64,000 nucleotides of DNA, taken from Pyrinomonadaceae bacterium. GTDB lineage: Bacteria > Acidobacteriota > Blastocatellia > Pyrinomonadales > Pyrinomonadaceae. The notes below the pieces were generated by a model. It did not search any database, had not been told where the DNA came from, and saw nothing but the letters and a program-made list of their open reading frames with translations. The stretch is taken from NCBI GenBank assembly GCA_036379655.1, contig DASVGG010000130.1:6272-70271 (forward strand), in the 5' to 3' direction. The position numbers were made by a program, and so were the translations under genes. Positions 9,888-18,542 of the stretch are shown piece by piece (the first letter of the stretch is position 1; every line of letters starts with the position of its first letter).

Positions 9888-11135
9888 ATGAGGACTTCCC
9901 CCAACTTGAGCGACAACTCTGAACGCACACGCATCCTCGTTGCCGGCGACGGCGCGGTGCCGACGGGCTTCGCGCGCGTGATGGAAGGCATCTTCACGCC
10001 GCTTGCGGAGCGTTACGAGATTCACCAGCTCGCCACGAACTACCGTGGCGACCCGCACGGTCACGACTGGAAACTCTACCCGGCCGAGGCGGGCGGCGAC
10101 CGTTGGGGCGCGAACCGCCTGCTGACCCTGATTGAGAAGATAAAGCCGAGCCTCGTCTTCATCCTCAACGACATCTGGGTGCAGCACGCGTACCTGCGCG
10201 AGTTGCGGAAGATGAAGGAGCCGCCGCCGGTCGTCCTCTACTGCCCCGTGGACGGCGGGCCGCTCGACGCGGAGAGCGTCGAACCGCTGCGCGGCGTCAC
10301 GCGCTGCGTCGCCTATACGGAGTTCGGCCGCGGCATCATCGAGTCGGCCGTCGCGGCGCAGAGGTCGAAGGAGCCCGGCTTCGACTTCCCCACCGTCGAA
10401 ATCATCCCGCACGGCGTGGACACGGAGACCTTCCGCCCGCTCGAAACAGATGGAGTCCCGCAACGACTGCACGCGCGCCAACTCCTCTTCAAAGGCATGG
10501 ACGACCTCGAAGGCCGCTTCATCGTCCTCAACGCCAACCGCAACCAGCCGCGCAAGCGCATCGACACGACCATTCGCGGCTTCGCACTCTTCGCGCGCGA
10601 CAAGCCGCCGGGCGTCAACCTCTTCCTGCACATGGGCGTCGAGGACGTGGGCTGGAACGTTATCCTGCTCGCGCGGCGCTACGGCGTCGAGGACCGCGTG
10701 CTGATGTCGAGCCTCAACAAGGTCATGCAGACCGTCTCGGCCCGCCAGCTCAACGTCGTCTACAACGCATGTGACGTGGGTCTCAACACTTCGAGCGCCG
10801 AAGGGTGGGGCTTGCCGAGCTTCGAGCACGCTGCGACGGGCGCCGCGCAGGTCGTCCCGCGCCACAGCGCGTGCGCGGAGTTGTGGGAAGGCTCGGGCGT
10901 GCTGGTCGAACCTTCGGTCTCTATCATCAACGAGAAGATTCTGACGGAAGGGTGGCTGGTGACGCCGGAGGGCGTGGCCGACGCTTTGGAGAAACTCTAC
11001 GCCGACCGCGAGTTTCTGAAGGAGATGTCGGAGAGGGCGTTCCGCAACGCGACGCGCGAAGAGTACCGCTGGGAGAAGATCGCGGCGCGCTGGGACGCCC
11101 TCTTCCGGGAGGTGCTTGCGGGGCGGCCCGCCTAG
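9888..11135 (+). CDS. glycosyltransferase, GT-B fold (group 1/GT4-like)
   Basis: C-terminal sugar-donor domain with SSAEGWGLPSFEHAATGAAQVVP (an E-x7-E-like motif) and the usual two-Rossmann length. Confidence 0.75.
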   Translation: MRTSPNLSDNSERTRILVAGDGAVPTGFARVMEGIFTPLAERYEIHQLATNYRGDPHGHDWKLYPAEAGGDRWGANRLLTLIEKIKPSLVFILNDIWVQHAYLRELRKMKEPPPVVLYCPVDGGPLDAESVEPLRGVTRCVAYTEFGRGIIESAVAAQRSKEPGFDFPTVEIIPHGVDTETFRPLETDGVPQRLHARQLLFKGMDDLEGRFIVLNANRNQPRKRIDTTIRGFALFARDKPPGVNLFLHMGVEDVGWNVILLARRYGVEDRVLMSSLNKVMQTVSARQLNVVYNACDVGLNTSSAEGWGLPSFEHAATGAAQVVPRHSACAELWEGSGVLVEPSVSIINEKILTEGWLVTPEGVADALEKLYADREFLKEMSERAFRNATREEYRWEKIAARWDALFREVLAGRPA

Positions 11136-11404
11136 TCCGTGTTGATGGCGAGCTCGACCGTGGTCTTGTCGGTCACTTGCGGCGACCACGCGATGGAGGT
11201 CTCGTTGTTCTGCCACCCCACGGGGAAGAAGCCGACGGCGTAAGTGACGTAGCCGCTCACCTCGATCACGTTCTGCGAGCCTTCCTGACCCGAAGGCTGC
11301 AACGAACCGGACCACATCGGCGGGTTCGCCGACCCGTCCACGTAGCCGCAGATCATGAACTCAAGCCCGATGGCGGACGTGTCGTTGACAACAGTGATTG
11401 CCAT
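11132..11404 (-). CDS. small hypothetical protein (90 aa), paralog 1
   Basis: Strong SD (AAGGAGGA) 7-8 nt upstream of the ATG. About half the residues are identical to the adjacent ORF (MAITVVN...GLEF.ICGYVDGSANPPMWSGSL). Confidence 0.7.
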   Translation of the reverse strand: MAITVVNDTSAIGLEFMICGYVDGSANPPMWSGSLQPSGQEGSQNVIEVSGYVTYAVGFFPVGWQNNETSIAWSPQVTDKTTVELAINTD

Positions 11405-11422
11405 TTCAGTCTCTCCTCCTTA

Positions 11423-11698
11423 TCAGGCCATAACGTTAATCGCGAGCGAGACAAACGTGCCGTCCGGCACGGGCGCCGACCACGTGATGGGCCAGTTGTC
11501 CCCATTCCAGCCGACGATGTAGAAGCCGACGCTGTACGAGTCGAAGCCGCTCACGTCCATCTCGACCTGATAGCCGGAGGTGTTGATTGGCGTGAGCGAG
11601 CCCGACCACATCGGCGGGTTCGCCGACCCGTCCACGTAGCCGCAGATGCTGAACTCCAGCCCCTGCGCGGGCGTCCCGTTGACAACCGTGATTGCCAT
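11423..11698 (-). CDS. small hypothetical protein (91 aa), paralog 2
   Basis: I chose the internal start MAITVVNGTP at 11698 because an AAAGGAGA SD precedes it. The longer listed ORF (to 11869) has an unconserved Arg/Pro-rich extension. Confidence 0.7.
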   Translation of the reverse strand: MAITVVNGTPAQGLEFSICGYVDGSANPPMWSGSLTPINTSGYQVEMDVSGFDSYSVGFYIVGWNGDNWPITWSAPVPDGTFVSLAINVMA

Positions 11699-11945
11699 AT
11701 AGATTCTTCTCCTTTTGAGGGTTGATTCGTTTCGGGTTAAGAAAGGCTCTAGGCGAAAAATGCCACCGGCGGCAGCAAGGCATGTAGGGCAAGCTCTGAC
11801 GGCCGGCAGCATACGAGGTGCGCGTGAGTATAATGACATCGGCCGCTTTAGTCCAAGACTTATTTCCAAGGGCCGGCGTTCGCGGCCGACCGGCCGTCCC
11901 TGTTAATATCGCGTGAACGATTCGGAGTTAAAAGGCGGAACGTTG

Positions 11946-13022
11946 ATGTTAGTGCTCGGCATCGAAAGCTCTTGCGACGAGACGGCGGCGGCGCTGGTGC
12001 GCGACGGCCGCGAGATGTTGTCGTCGGTCATCTCTTCGCAGGTCGATATTCACAAACGCTTCGGCGGCGTCGTGCCGGAGCTTGCCTCGCGCGAGCACCT
12101 CGACAAGATCGTGCCGGTCGTCGAGGAGGCTTTCGCGCGCGCGAATATAAACAAGGAAGAGATCGACGGCATCGCCGTCACGCAGGGGCCGGGACTTGTC
12201 GGGTCGCTCCTCGTCGGGCTCTCGTTCGCGAAGGCGATGGCCTACGCGTTGGAGAAGCCCTTCGTCGGCGTCAACCACATCGAGGGGCACATCTACTCGG
12301 TCGTCTTCGACAACCCGCCCATCGAATACCCCGCCTTCGCGCTCGTCGTCTCGGGCGGCCACACGAACCTCTTCCTCGTGCCCGAGCCGGGCCGCTACCG
12401 CGTGCTCGCGCGCACGCGCGACGACGCGGCGGGCGAGGCTTACGACAAGGTCGCGAAGATGCTCGGCCTCGGCTATCCCGGCGGCCCCATCATCGAGCGG
12501 CTCGCGCGCGAGGGCGACCCGCGCGCCGTGCGCTTCCAGGTGCCGCGCATGGGCGACGGCCTGCCCGACTTCAGCTTCAGCGGTTTGAAGACCGCCGTCT
12601 CGAAGCACGTCCGCGAGACGGGCCTCAAACCCGTGGCCGATGGCGAGGAGCCTTCACAGGCCGTCAAGGATTTGGCCGCGAGTTTCCAGAGCGTGGTCAT
12701 CCGCTCGCTCGTCGGCACGACCGAGCGGCTGGCCGCCGAGCACCGGCCGCGCACGCTCATCGTGGCCGGCGGCGTCGCCTGCAACGAGGCCCTGCGCGAA
12801 GCCGCGCGCGAGTTGGGGCGGAAGATCGACGTGCCCGCACACTTCCCCTCGCGCCACCTCTCGACCGACAACGCCGCGATGATCGCCGCCGCCGGCACGG
12901 TCAAACTGCAAGCGGGATTCAGCGACGGCCTCGACCTCGACGCGGACGTTTCGCTGCGCCTTCAAAACATCGGCCTCGAAGAGGACGCCCGCGCCCGCGG
13001 CCACGTCCATTACAGACTTTAA
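11946..13022 (+). CDS. tsaD: tRNA N6-adenosine threonylcarbamoyltransferase
   Basis: MLVLGIESSCDETAAALV, NHIEGHIY and GGVACN motifs. The GTG at 11913 is an alternative start. Confidence 0.9.
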   Translation: MLVLGIESSCDETAAALVRDGREMLSSVISSQVDIHKRFGGVVPELASREHLDKIVPVVEEAFARANINKEEIDGIAVTQGPGLVGSLLVGLSFAKAMAYALEKPFVGVNHIEGHIYSVVFDNPPIEYPAFALVVSGGHTNLFLVPEPGRYRVLARTRDDAAGEAYDKVAKMLGLGYPGGPIIERLAREGDPRAVRFQVPRMGDGLPDFSFSGLKTAVSKHVRETGLKPVADGEEPSQAVKDLAASFQSVVIRSLVGTTERLAAEHRPRTLIVAGGVACNEALREAARELGRKIDVPAHFPSRHLSTDNAAMIAAAGTVKLQAGFSDGLDLDADVSLRLQNIGLEEDARARGHVHYRL

Positions 13023-13024
13023 CT

Positions 13025-13092
13025 GAAGTATGAACGCTGAACGCTGAACTGAAGGCAGCAGGTTTTAGTTCAGCGTTCAGCGTTCATACTTC
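13025..13092. repeat. perfect 26-bp stem-loop, GAACGMTGAAC family
   Basis: GAAGTATGAACGCTGAACGCTGAACT (13025-13050) is the reverse complement of 13067-13092, with a 16-nt loop. It starts 3 nt after the tsaD stop. Confidence 0.95.
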
Positions 13093-13101
13093 TGAGTTCC
13101 C

Positions 13102-13506
13102 ATGAAGCGTCTTCACCTCTGGGTTGGGGCCGTGGTGTTGCTCGCGTTCCTTTTGAGCGGGCAGTACATGGACTATCTCGAAGTGCGGACGAACGCGCTC
13201 GGCGAGACGGCGCGGGTGATGTTCCGTTCGCGCCACATCTACCTGCTGCTGGCCGGACTCGTGAACTTAGGCGTCGGGGCTTACTTCGATTATCGTGAGC
13301 GTGGTTGGCGGAGGGGTTTGCAGTTGCTCGGGTCGGCGCTGGTCGGCGCCGCGCCGGTGTTGATGGCGGCGGCGTTCTTCGCGGAACCGGTCGGGCCGGG
13401 GCTGAAGCGTCACTTCACGCTGCCGGCGGTCGTCATACTTTCAGTTGGGACTCTGCTGCACGCGTTAAGTGGAATGAGGTCGCGCGTCAGGGTCCAGACA
13501 GACTGA
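13102..13506 (+). CDS. hypothetical integral membrane protein (about 4 TM)
   Basis: Four hydrophobic segments and coding-like GC3. I recognise no family. Confidence 0.55.
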   Translation: MKRLHLWVGAVVLLAFLLSGQYMDYLEVRTNALGETARVMFRSRHIYLLLAGLVNLGVGAYFDYRERGWRRGLQLLGSALVGAAPVLMAAAFFAEPVGPGLKRHFTLPAVVILSVGTLLHALSGMRSRVRVQTD

Positions 13507-13550
13507 AAGCCGCCCGGCTTCACGAAGAGCGAGGGAGCCGGACGGCTTTC
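13505..13550. terminator. hairpin between convergent genes
   Basis: GAAAGCCGCCCGGCT (13505-13519) pairs with AGCCGGACGGCTTTC (13536-13550) with 1 mismatch and a 16-nt loop. Confidence 0.4.
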
Positions 13551-13622
13551 GTCATGCCGCGCGTTAACGGATTCTCCCGAGGGAGGTCAACGCCAACGGG
13601 CGGCAATCTTTTCAAATCGATT

Positions 13623-13982
13623 TTAGTCTCTGGCCGAAACGACCGTGTCGCCCGACTGTCCGCCGATGACGATGCGGCGCGCGAACTTCATCTCGTTCGA
13701 CGGGTCGAGATCGACCGTCACGATGTCGCCCACGCGGAGCTTCTTCAACTCGATGCGCTTGCCGCGCAGCGTGACGTGCGTATCGGCCGCGTCCGTCGCG
13801 ATGACGTGCTCGACGCCCGTGCGCGCGACGATGGAGATGTGCCGCTCGTTGACCTCGACGACCTTCGCGTCAACCTTCCTTACGTCCGTGTCCTCCGCGC
13901 CGTTCGAGGCCGCGAGCGCGGGCGCGCTGGCCGCGAGCGTCAACATGATTGCGAATAAAGTAGCGAGGCTGCGTCTTCTCAT
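13623..13982 (-). CDS. hypothetical secreted protein
   Basis: Signal peptide MRRRSLATLFAIMLTLAASAPALA. The start is taken at 13982. I recognise no family. Confidence 0.55.
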   Translation of the reverse strand: MRRRSLATLFAIMLTLAASAPALAASNGAEDTDVRKVDAKVVEVNERHISIVARTGVEHVIATDAADTHVTLRGKRIELKKLRVGDIVTVDLDPSNEMKFARRIVIGGQSGDTVVSARD

Positions 13983-14165
13983 CGTCAAGGCTCCTGAACC
14001 GACAGTCAAATGCTTTCGCACCGTCCTACACGGCAACCTATATGCCGCGCCGTCTCTAAGAGCAATGGCGTAAAAATTCCCGCAAAAGTATCATCCAGAC
14101 TTTGTGGCGATGCCTGCGCACGCGTCCGCTTGTACGGCGCGAGGACGTTTTGTTACGGTACAGAC

Positions 14166-15962
14166 ATGGCCGCGACCCGGGGCAAGTTTTCGAAGTTGAT
14201 TCGCTCCCTCTTACTGCTCGTGCTTGCGTTGGCTTGCGCCACGGGGGCGTACGCACGGCAGACGCCCGCGCCGCAACAGACACCGCCGACGCCGCAGCGC
14301 ACGGGCCGCTCTTACGACACCGCGCCGCCCACGCGCCGCGCCGCGCCGCCCGCGCCGCAGTCGCCCTCGCCCGTCGTCTTCGCGGACGTGACGGCCCAGG
14401 TCGGCGTCAACTTCAAACACGCCGCCTCGCCCACCTCGCGGAAGTACCTGCCCGAGACGATGGGCGCGGGCGTCGCGCTCTTCGACTTCGACGCGGACGG
14501 GCGCCTCGACATCTTCTTCACCAACGGCGCGCTCATCTCGGACCCGATGCCGAAAACTTCGGCGCCCGACAAACGCGACCCGCGCTTCTGGAATCGTCTC
14601 TATCGTCAGAAACAGGACGGCACCTTCGAGGACGTGACCGAGCGCGCGGGCCTGCGCGGCGAGGGCTACTCGATGGGGGCCGCCGCCGGAGACTTCGACG
14701 GCGACGGTCGCGCCGACCTCTACGTCGCGGCCTACGGCGGCGCGGGGCGCCTCTACCGCAACCGTGGCGACGGGACGTTCGAGGACGTGACGCAGAAGTT
14801 GAAAGCCACGGTCAACGGTTGGGGCACGAGCGCGGGCTGGTTCGACTATGACCGCGACGGCCGGCTCGACCTCTACGTCGCGCGCTACATGGAGTGGGAC
14901 TTCGAGCGCGGCTCGCTCTACTGCGGCTCCACGCAGGTGCGCGCCTACTGCCACCCGGACAACTTCAAAGGCGCCGCGCCCGTCCTCCTTCATCAAAAAC
15001 CCGACGGCACCTTCGATGACGTGAGCGCGCGCGCTGGAATAGCGGACCCCGAAGGCAAAGGGCTCGGCGTCGTCTTCGCGGACTTCGACGACGACGGCTG
15101 GACCGACGTGTTTCAGGCGAACGACAACGCGCGCCAGTTCCTCTTTCGCAACAAGGGCGACGGCACGTTCGAGGACGTGGCGCTGCTCGCGGGCGTCGGC
15201 TACGACGAGAACGGCAAGGCGTTCGCGGGGATGGGCGTTGACGCGGCCGACTACGACAACGACGGCCGCGTGGATGTCTTCGTCACCGCACTCTCAAACG
15301 AGACCTACCCGCTCTTCCGCAACAACGGCGACCTGAGTTTCTCTTACGCGACCGGCACGACGGGTTTAGGTCCCATCACCATCCCCTACTCGGGTTGGGG
15401 CGCACGCTTCGCGGACTTCGACGCGGACGGTTTGCGCGACCTCTTCGTCGCGCAGGGGCACGTGCTCGACACCATCGAGAAGACGACCGGCTACATCCTC
15501 TACAGACAGCCGCCGCTGCTCCTGCGCAACACGGGCAAGACCTTCGTCAACGTCTCGACGGCGGCCGGCCTCAAGCTCCCGCTCGCCGCGCGCGGCGCGG
15601 CCTTCGGCGACCTCGACAACGACGGCGACACGGACGTTGTGCTCGCGCAGACGGACGGCCCCGCGCTCGTCCTGCGCAACTCCGGCGCGAAGAACCACTG
15701 GCTCGGCCTCGCGCTCGCGGGCTCTGGGATGAACAGACAGGGACTCGGCGCGCGCGTCGTCGTGACGGACTCGACGGGCGCGCGGCAGGTCTTTGACGTG
15801 ACCGGCGCGGGCAGTTATCTTTCCACCAACGACACGCGCCTGCTCGTCGGACTTGGTAACAAGGCCGCAGTCCGCACGGTTGAAATTCGCTGGCCCGGCG
15901 GCGGGACGCAGACGCTTAACTCCCCGGCGGTTGACTCTTATCACATTGTCAGTGAGAAGTAG
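14166..15962 (+). CDS. CRTAC1-family protein (FG-GAP/VCBS repeats + ASPIC/UnbV C-terminal domain)
   Basis: Signal peptide, many repeats of the type D.D.DG..D......G....L.RN.GDGTFEDVT, and a C-terminal NHWLGLAL.G...NR.GLGARV.V...G..Q......GSYLS.ND.RL..GLG. Confidence 0.85.
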   Translation: MAATRGKFSKLIRSLLLLVLALACATGAYARQTPAPQQTPPTPQRTGRSYDTAPPTRRAAPPAPQSPSPVVFADVTAQVGVNFKHAASPTSRKYLPETMGAGVALFDFDADGRLDIFFTNGALISDPMPKTSAPDKRDPRFWNRLYRQKQDGTFEDVTERAGLRGEGYSMGAAAGDFDGDGRADLYVAAYGGAGRLYRNRGDGTFEDVTQKLKATVNGWGTSAGWFDYDRDGRLDLYVARYMEWDFERGSLYCGSTQVRAYCHPDNFKGAAPVLLHQKPDGTFDDVSARAGIADPEGKGLGVVFADFDDDGWTDVFQANDNARQFLFRNKGDGTFEDVALLAGVGYDENGKAFAGMGVDAADYDNDGRVDVFVTALSNETYPLFRNNGDLSFSYATGTTGLGPITIPYSGWGARFADFDADGLRDLFVAQGHVLDTIEKTTGYILYRQPPLLLRNTGKTFVNVSTAAGLKLPLAARGAAFGDLDNDGDTDVVLAQTDGPALVLRNSGAKNHWLGLALAGSGMNRQGLGARVVVTDSTGARQVFDVTGAGSYLSTNDTRLLVGLGNKAAVRTVEIRWPGGGTQTLNSPAVDSYHIVSEK

Positions 15963-15974
15963 GCAGTCAAACCC

Positions 15975-17840
15975 TTGATGACAAGTAATCCCCTTTCGCG
16001 CCGCCCGCGTCGCACGCTTGCCCTCGCGCTGCTCGCCGCGTCGGCGCTCCTCCCCTTCCTTGCGTACGCGCAACAGCAGAAGCCGCAGGGCATGGGCGTC
16101 AACGTCGGCTCGACGGCCGTCACGGGCGCGCGGCGCACCGCCGGCATCACCGACCCGAAGGCGCCCGTCGTCTTCGAGGACGTGACGGCGCGCACCGCGC
16201 TCGCACAGTTCAAGCACAACGGGGGAAGCAGGCAGAAGGACTACATCGTCGAGACCGTCTCGGGCGGCGTCGCCGTCTTCGACTACGACAACGACGGGCT
16301 GCCCGACATCTACCTCCTCAACGGCTCCACGATGGCCGCCGAGCGTGGCAGGGAGAAGGCGCCGCGCGCCGCGCTCTACCGCAACCTCGGCGGATGGAAG
16401 TTCGAGGACGTGACCGACAGGGCCGGCGTCGCGAACGAACGTTGGGGGATGGGCGTCGCCGTCGGCGACTACGACAACGACGGCTTCGCGGACATGTACG
16501 TCGGCAACTTCGGCACCTCGCGTCTCTACCGCAACAACGGCAACGGCACCTTCACGGACGTGGCGCCGAAGGTCGGCGTCGCGCGCAGGGGCTGGTCCAC
16601 GGGCGCGAGCTTCGGCGACTACGACACGGACGGCCGTCTCGACCTCTTCGTCCCCGGTTACGTCGCGCTCGATCTGGAGAACCTGCCGCCCTCGCCCTCG
16701 GACGCCGCGAAGCCCGGCCAGGTCGCGCCGAACTTCTGCCAGTTCCGTGGCGTCGCCGTGATGTGCGGCCCGCGCGGGCTCAAGGGCGACACGGACACGC
16801 TCTACCGACAGAAGGCCGACGGGACGTTTGAAGACGTGAGCGATAAGGCGGGCGTTAACGACTCGACGCGTTATTACGGATTCTCTTCGGCGTGGGTGCG
16901 CGCGGACGACGACGACCTGCTCGACCTCATCGTCGTCAACGACTCGACGCCGAAGCAGCTCTACATCAACAAGGGCAACGGCACGTTCGAGGAGGTCGGT
17001 TATCCTTCGGGCGTGGCGCTGAACGAGAACGGGCGCGAGCAGGCGGGCATGGGGCTCGGCGTCGGCGACTACGACAACGACGGGCGCGTGGACTTCTTCG
17101 TCACGAACTTCTCCGACGACTCGAACACGCTTTACCACAACGACGGCGAAGGCAACTTCACCGACGTGACCTTCCAGGCCGGCATGGGCGAGGCGTCCAT
17201 CCCCTTCCTCGGGTGGGGCACGGCGTTCTTCGATTACGACGCCGACGGGTGGAAGGATGTCATCGTCGCCAACGGCCACGTCTACCCGGCCGTGGACGCG
17301 CAGCAGTGGGGCACGTCCTACGCGCAGCAACTCCTGCTCTTCCGCAGCGCGGCGCACCCCGACGCGAAGCAGGCCGAGCGCGGCGCGCGCCATTTCCAAC
17401 GCGTCGGCGCCGCCCCCGGCTCCGGGCTCGCGGAGGCTTGGCCGAGCCGGGGTCTCGCCGTCGCGGACCTCGACGGCGACGGGCGCCTCGACCTCGTCAT
17501 CAACAACCTCGACACCTACCCGACGCTGCTCCGCAACGTCAACGAGGCGAAGAGCCACTGGCTCCGTCTCCGCCTCGTCGGCGACCCCGCAAAGAAGAGC
17601 CCGCGCGACGCGACCGGCGCGACCGTCTACGTCATCACCGGCAAGCTCCGCCAACGCGCCGACGTGGTCAGCGGCGGCAGCTACTCATCACAGAACGACC
17701 CCTGCCTCTACTTCGGCCTCGGCGCCGCCGCGAAAGTGGACAAGCTCCAGGTCAAATGGCCCGACGGCTCCGCCGAGACCTTCGACGTGCCCGCCGTCGA
17801 TAAGACCCTCACGCTCACACAAGGCAAAGGCACGAAGTAG
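15975..17840 (+). CDS. CRTAC1-family protein (FG-GAP/VCBS + ASPIC/UnbV), tandem paralog
   Basis: Same architecture as the upstream gene, with a C-terminal SHWLRLRLVG...ATGATVYV......Q.......GGSYSSQNDPCLYFGLG. Confidence 0.85.
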   Translation: MMTSNPLSRRPRRTLALALLAASALLPFLAYAQQQKPQGMGVNVGSTAVTGARRTAGITDPKAPVVFEDVTARTALAQFKHNGGSRQKDYIVETVSGGVAVFDYDNDGLPDIYLLNGSTMAAERGREKAPRAALYRNLGGWKFEDVTDRAGVANERWGMGVAVGDYDNDGFADMYVGNFGTSRLYRNNGNGTFTDVAPKVGVARRGWSTGASFGDYDTDGRLDLFVPGYVALDLENLPPSPSDAAKPGQVAPNFCQFRGVAVMCGPRGLKGDTDTLYRQKADGTFEDVSDKAGVNDSTRYYGFSSAWVRADDDDLLDLIVVNDSTPKQLYINKGNGTFEEVGYPSGVALNENGREQAGMGLGVGDYDNDGRVDFFVTNFSDDSNTLYHNDGEGNFTDVTFQAGMGEASIPFLGWGTAFFDYDADGWKDVIVANGHVYPAVDAQQWGTSYAQQLLLFRSAAHPDAKQAERGARHFQRVGAAPGSGLAEAWPSRGLAVADLDGDGRLDLVINNLDTYPTLLRNVNEAKSHWLRLRLVGDPAKKSPRDATGATVYVITGKLRQRADVVSGGSYSSQNDPCLYFGLGAAAKVDKLQVKWPDGSAETFDVPAVDKTLTLTQGKGTK

Positions 17841-17850
17841 ACTCTCCACA

Positions 17851-18080
17851 CGCGCGCACGTCATTCGCCGTCCCGCGCATGACGTGCGCACAGCTCCGCA
17901 TGACATGCGCAGACCTGCGCACGTCATGCGCACGCCCGCGCACGCCATGCGCACGCCCGCGCACGCTATTCGCAGGCGTGCGCGGCCTCTTCGCATTAAT
18001 GCGCACGTCATGCGCACGCCCGCGCATGACGTGCGCGGGCGTGCGCATGGCGTGCGCAGGTCTGCGCGGAGCGTTCGCGG
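17851..18080. repeat. 230-bp GC-rich palindromic array with helically phased TGCGCA boxes
   Basis: Nine TGCGCA hexamers begin at 17885, 17906, 17916, 17927, 17948, 18000, 18011, 18042 and 18053, plus TGCGCG variants at 17979, 18032 and 18063. 17907-17943 is the reverse complement of 18031-18067 (36/37). 17917-17942 is directly repeated at 18001-18026. Confidence 0.9.
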
Positions 18081-18101
18081 ATGGCCTTAGTGTTTACTTC
18101 G

Positions 18102-18470
18102 TCAGGCGGGTGCCTTGAAACGCTCCCGAAACTCCATGCGCAGCTCGCGCAAATCAGCATGGGTCTCGTGGATGACGCTGACCGTCCGGTCCAGCAACAG
18201 CGCCATCTTTTCCATGCGCGTTTCAAGTCCTTCGACGCGCGTTTCAAGCGCGTCGAGGCGTGTTTCGACCGCACCGACACGCGTTTCAAGCGCGCCAACG
18301 CGGGTTTCGAGCGCGCCGATGCGGTCTTCGAGCGCACCGACACGCGTTTCGAGCGCGTCGAAGCGTTCCTCCATGCGGGCGAAGCCGGCTCGCACTACGG
18401 AGAGCACTGTTTCGATTGTGGGGTTGGTGTCGTACTTCTGCGTCAGGTCTTGAGTGTGGTCTTCACTCAC
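18102..18470 (-). CDS. hypothetical coiled-coil protein with about 8 heptad (ALETRVG) repeats
   Basis: FDALETRVGALEDRIGALETRVGALETRVGAVETRLDALETRVEGLETRM is encoded by 21-bp DNA repeats. The N- and C-terminal flanks are non-repetitive. Confidence 0.55.
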   Translation of the reverse strand: MSEDHTQDLTQKYDTNPTIETVLSVVRAGFARMEERFDALETRVGALEDRIGALETRVGALETRVGAVETRLDALETRVEGLETRMEKMALLLDRTVSVIHETHADLRELRMEFRERFKAPA

Positions 18471-18542
18471 GTCTTACCGTAACCTTTCTGGCGGTAAGTG
18501 GAGACTAGCAGAGACGCGCGGAGGGCGCAAGAAAATCGTGGC

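Noticed and set aside
9840-11315. Very long antisense or alternative-frame ORFs across the window. Examples: 9840..11315(-), 15366..17654(-), 5308..6546(-), 24330..25697(+), 45678..47492(+), 59314..61056(+), 11972..13033(+), 34334..35671(-).
   Set aside because: They fully overlap genes that carry clear catalytic motifs. Their translations are Arg/Ala/Gly/Pro/His-rich with no recognisable motifs. Stop-poor frames like these are the expected artefact of a very high-GC genome.
17851-18080. The TGCGCA array as a CRISPR array.
   Set aside because: The period is only 10-11 bp, there are no unique spacers of CRISPR length, no cas genes are nearby, and the region is a global palindrome.
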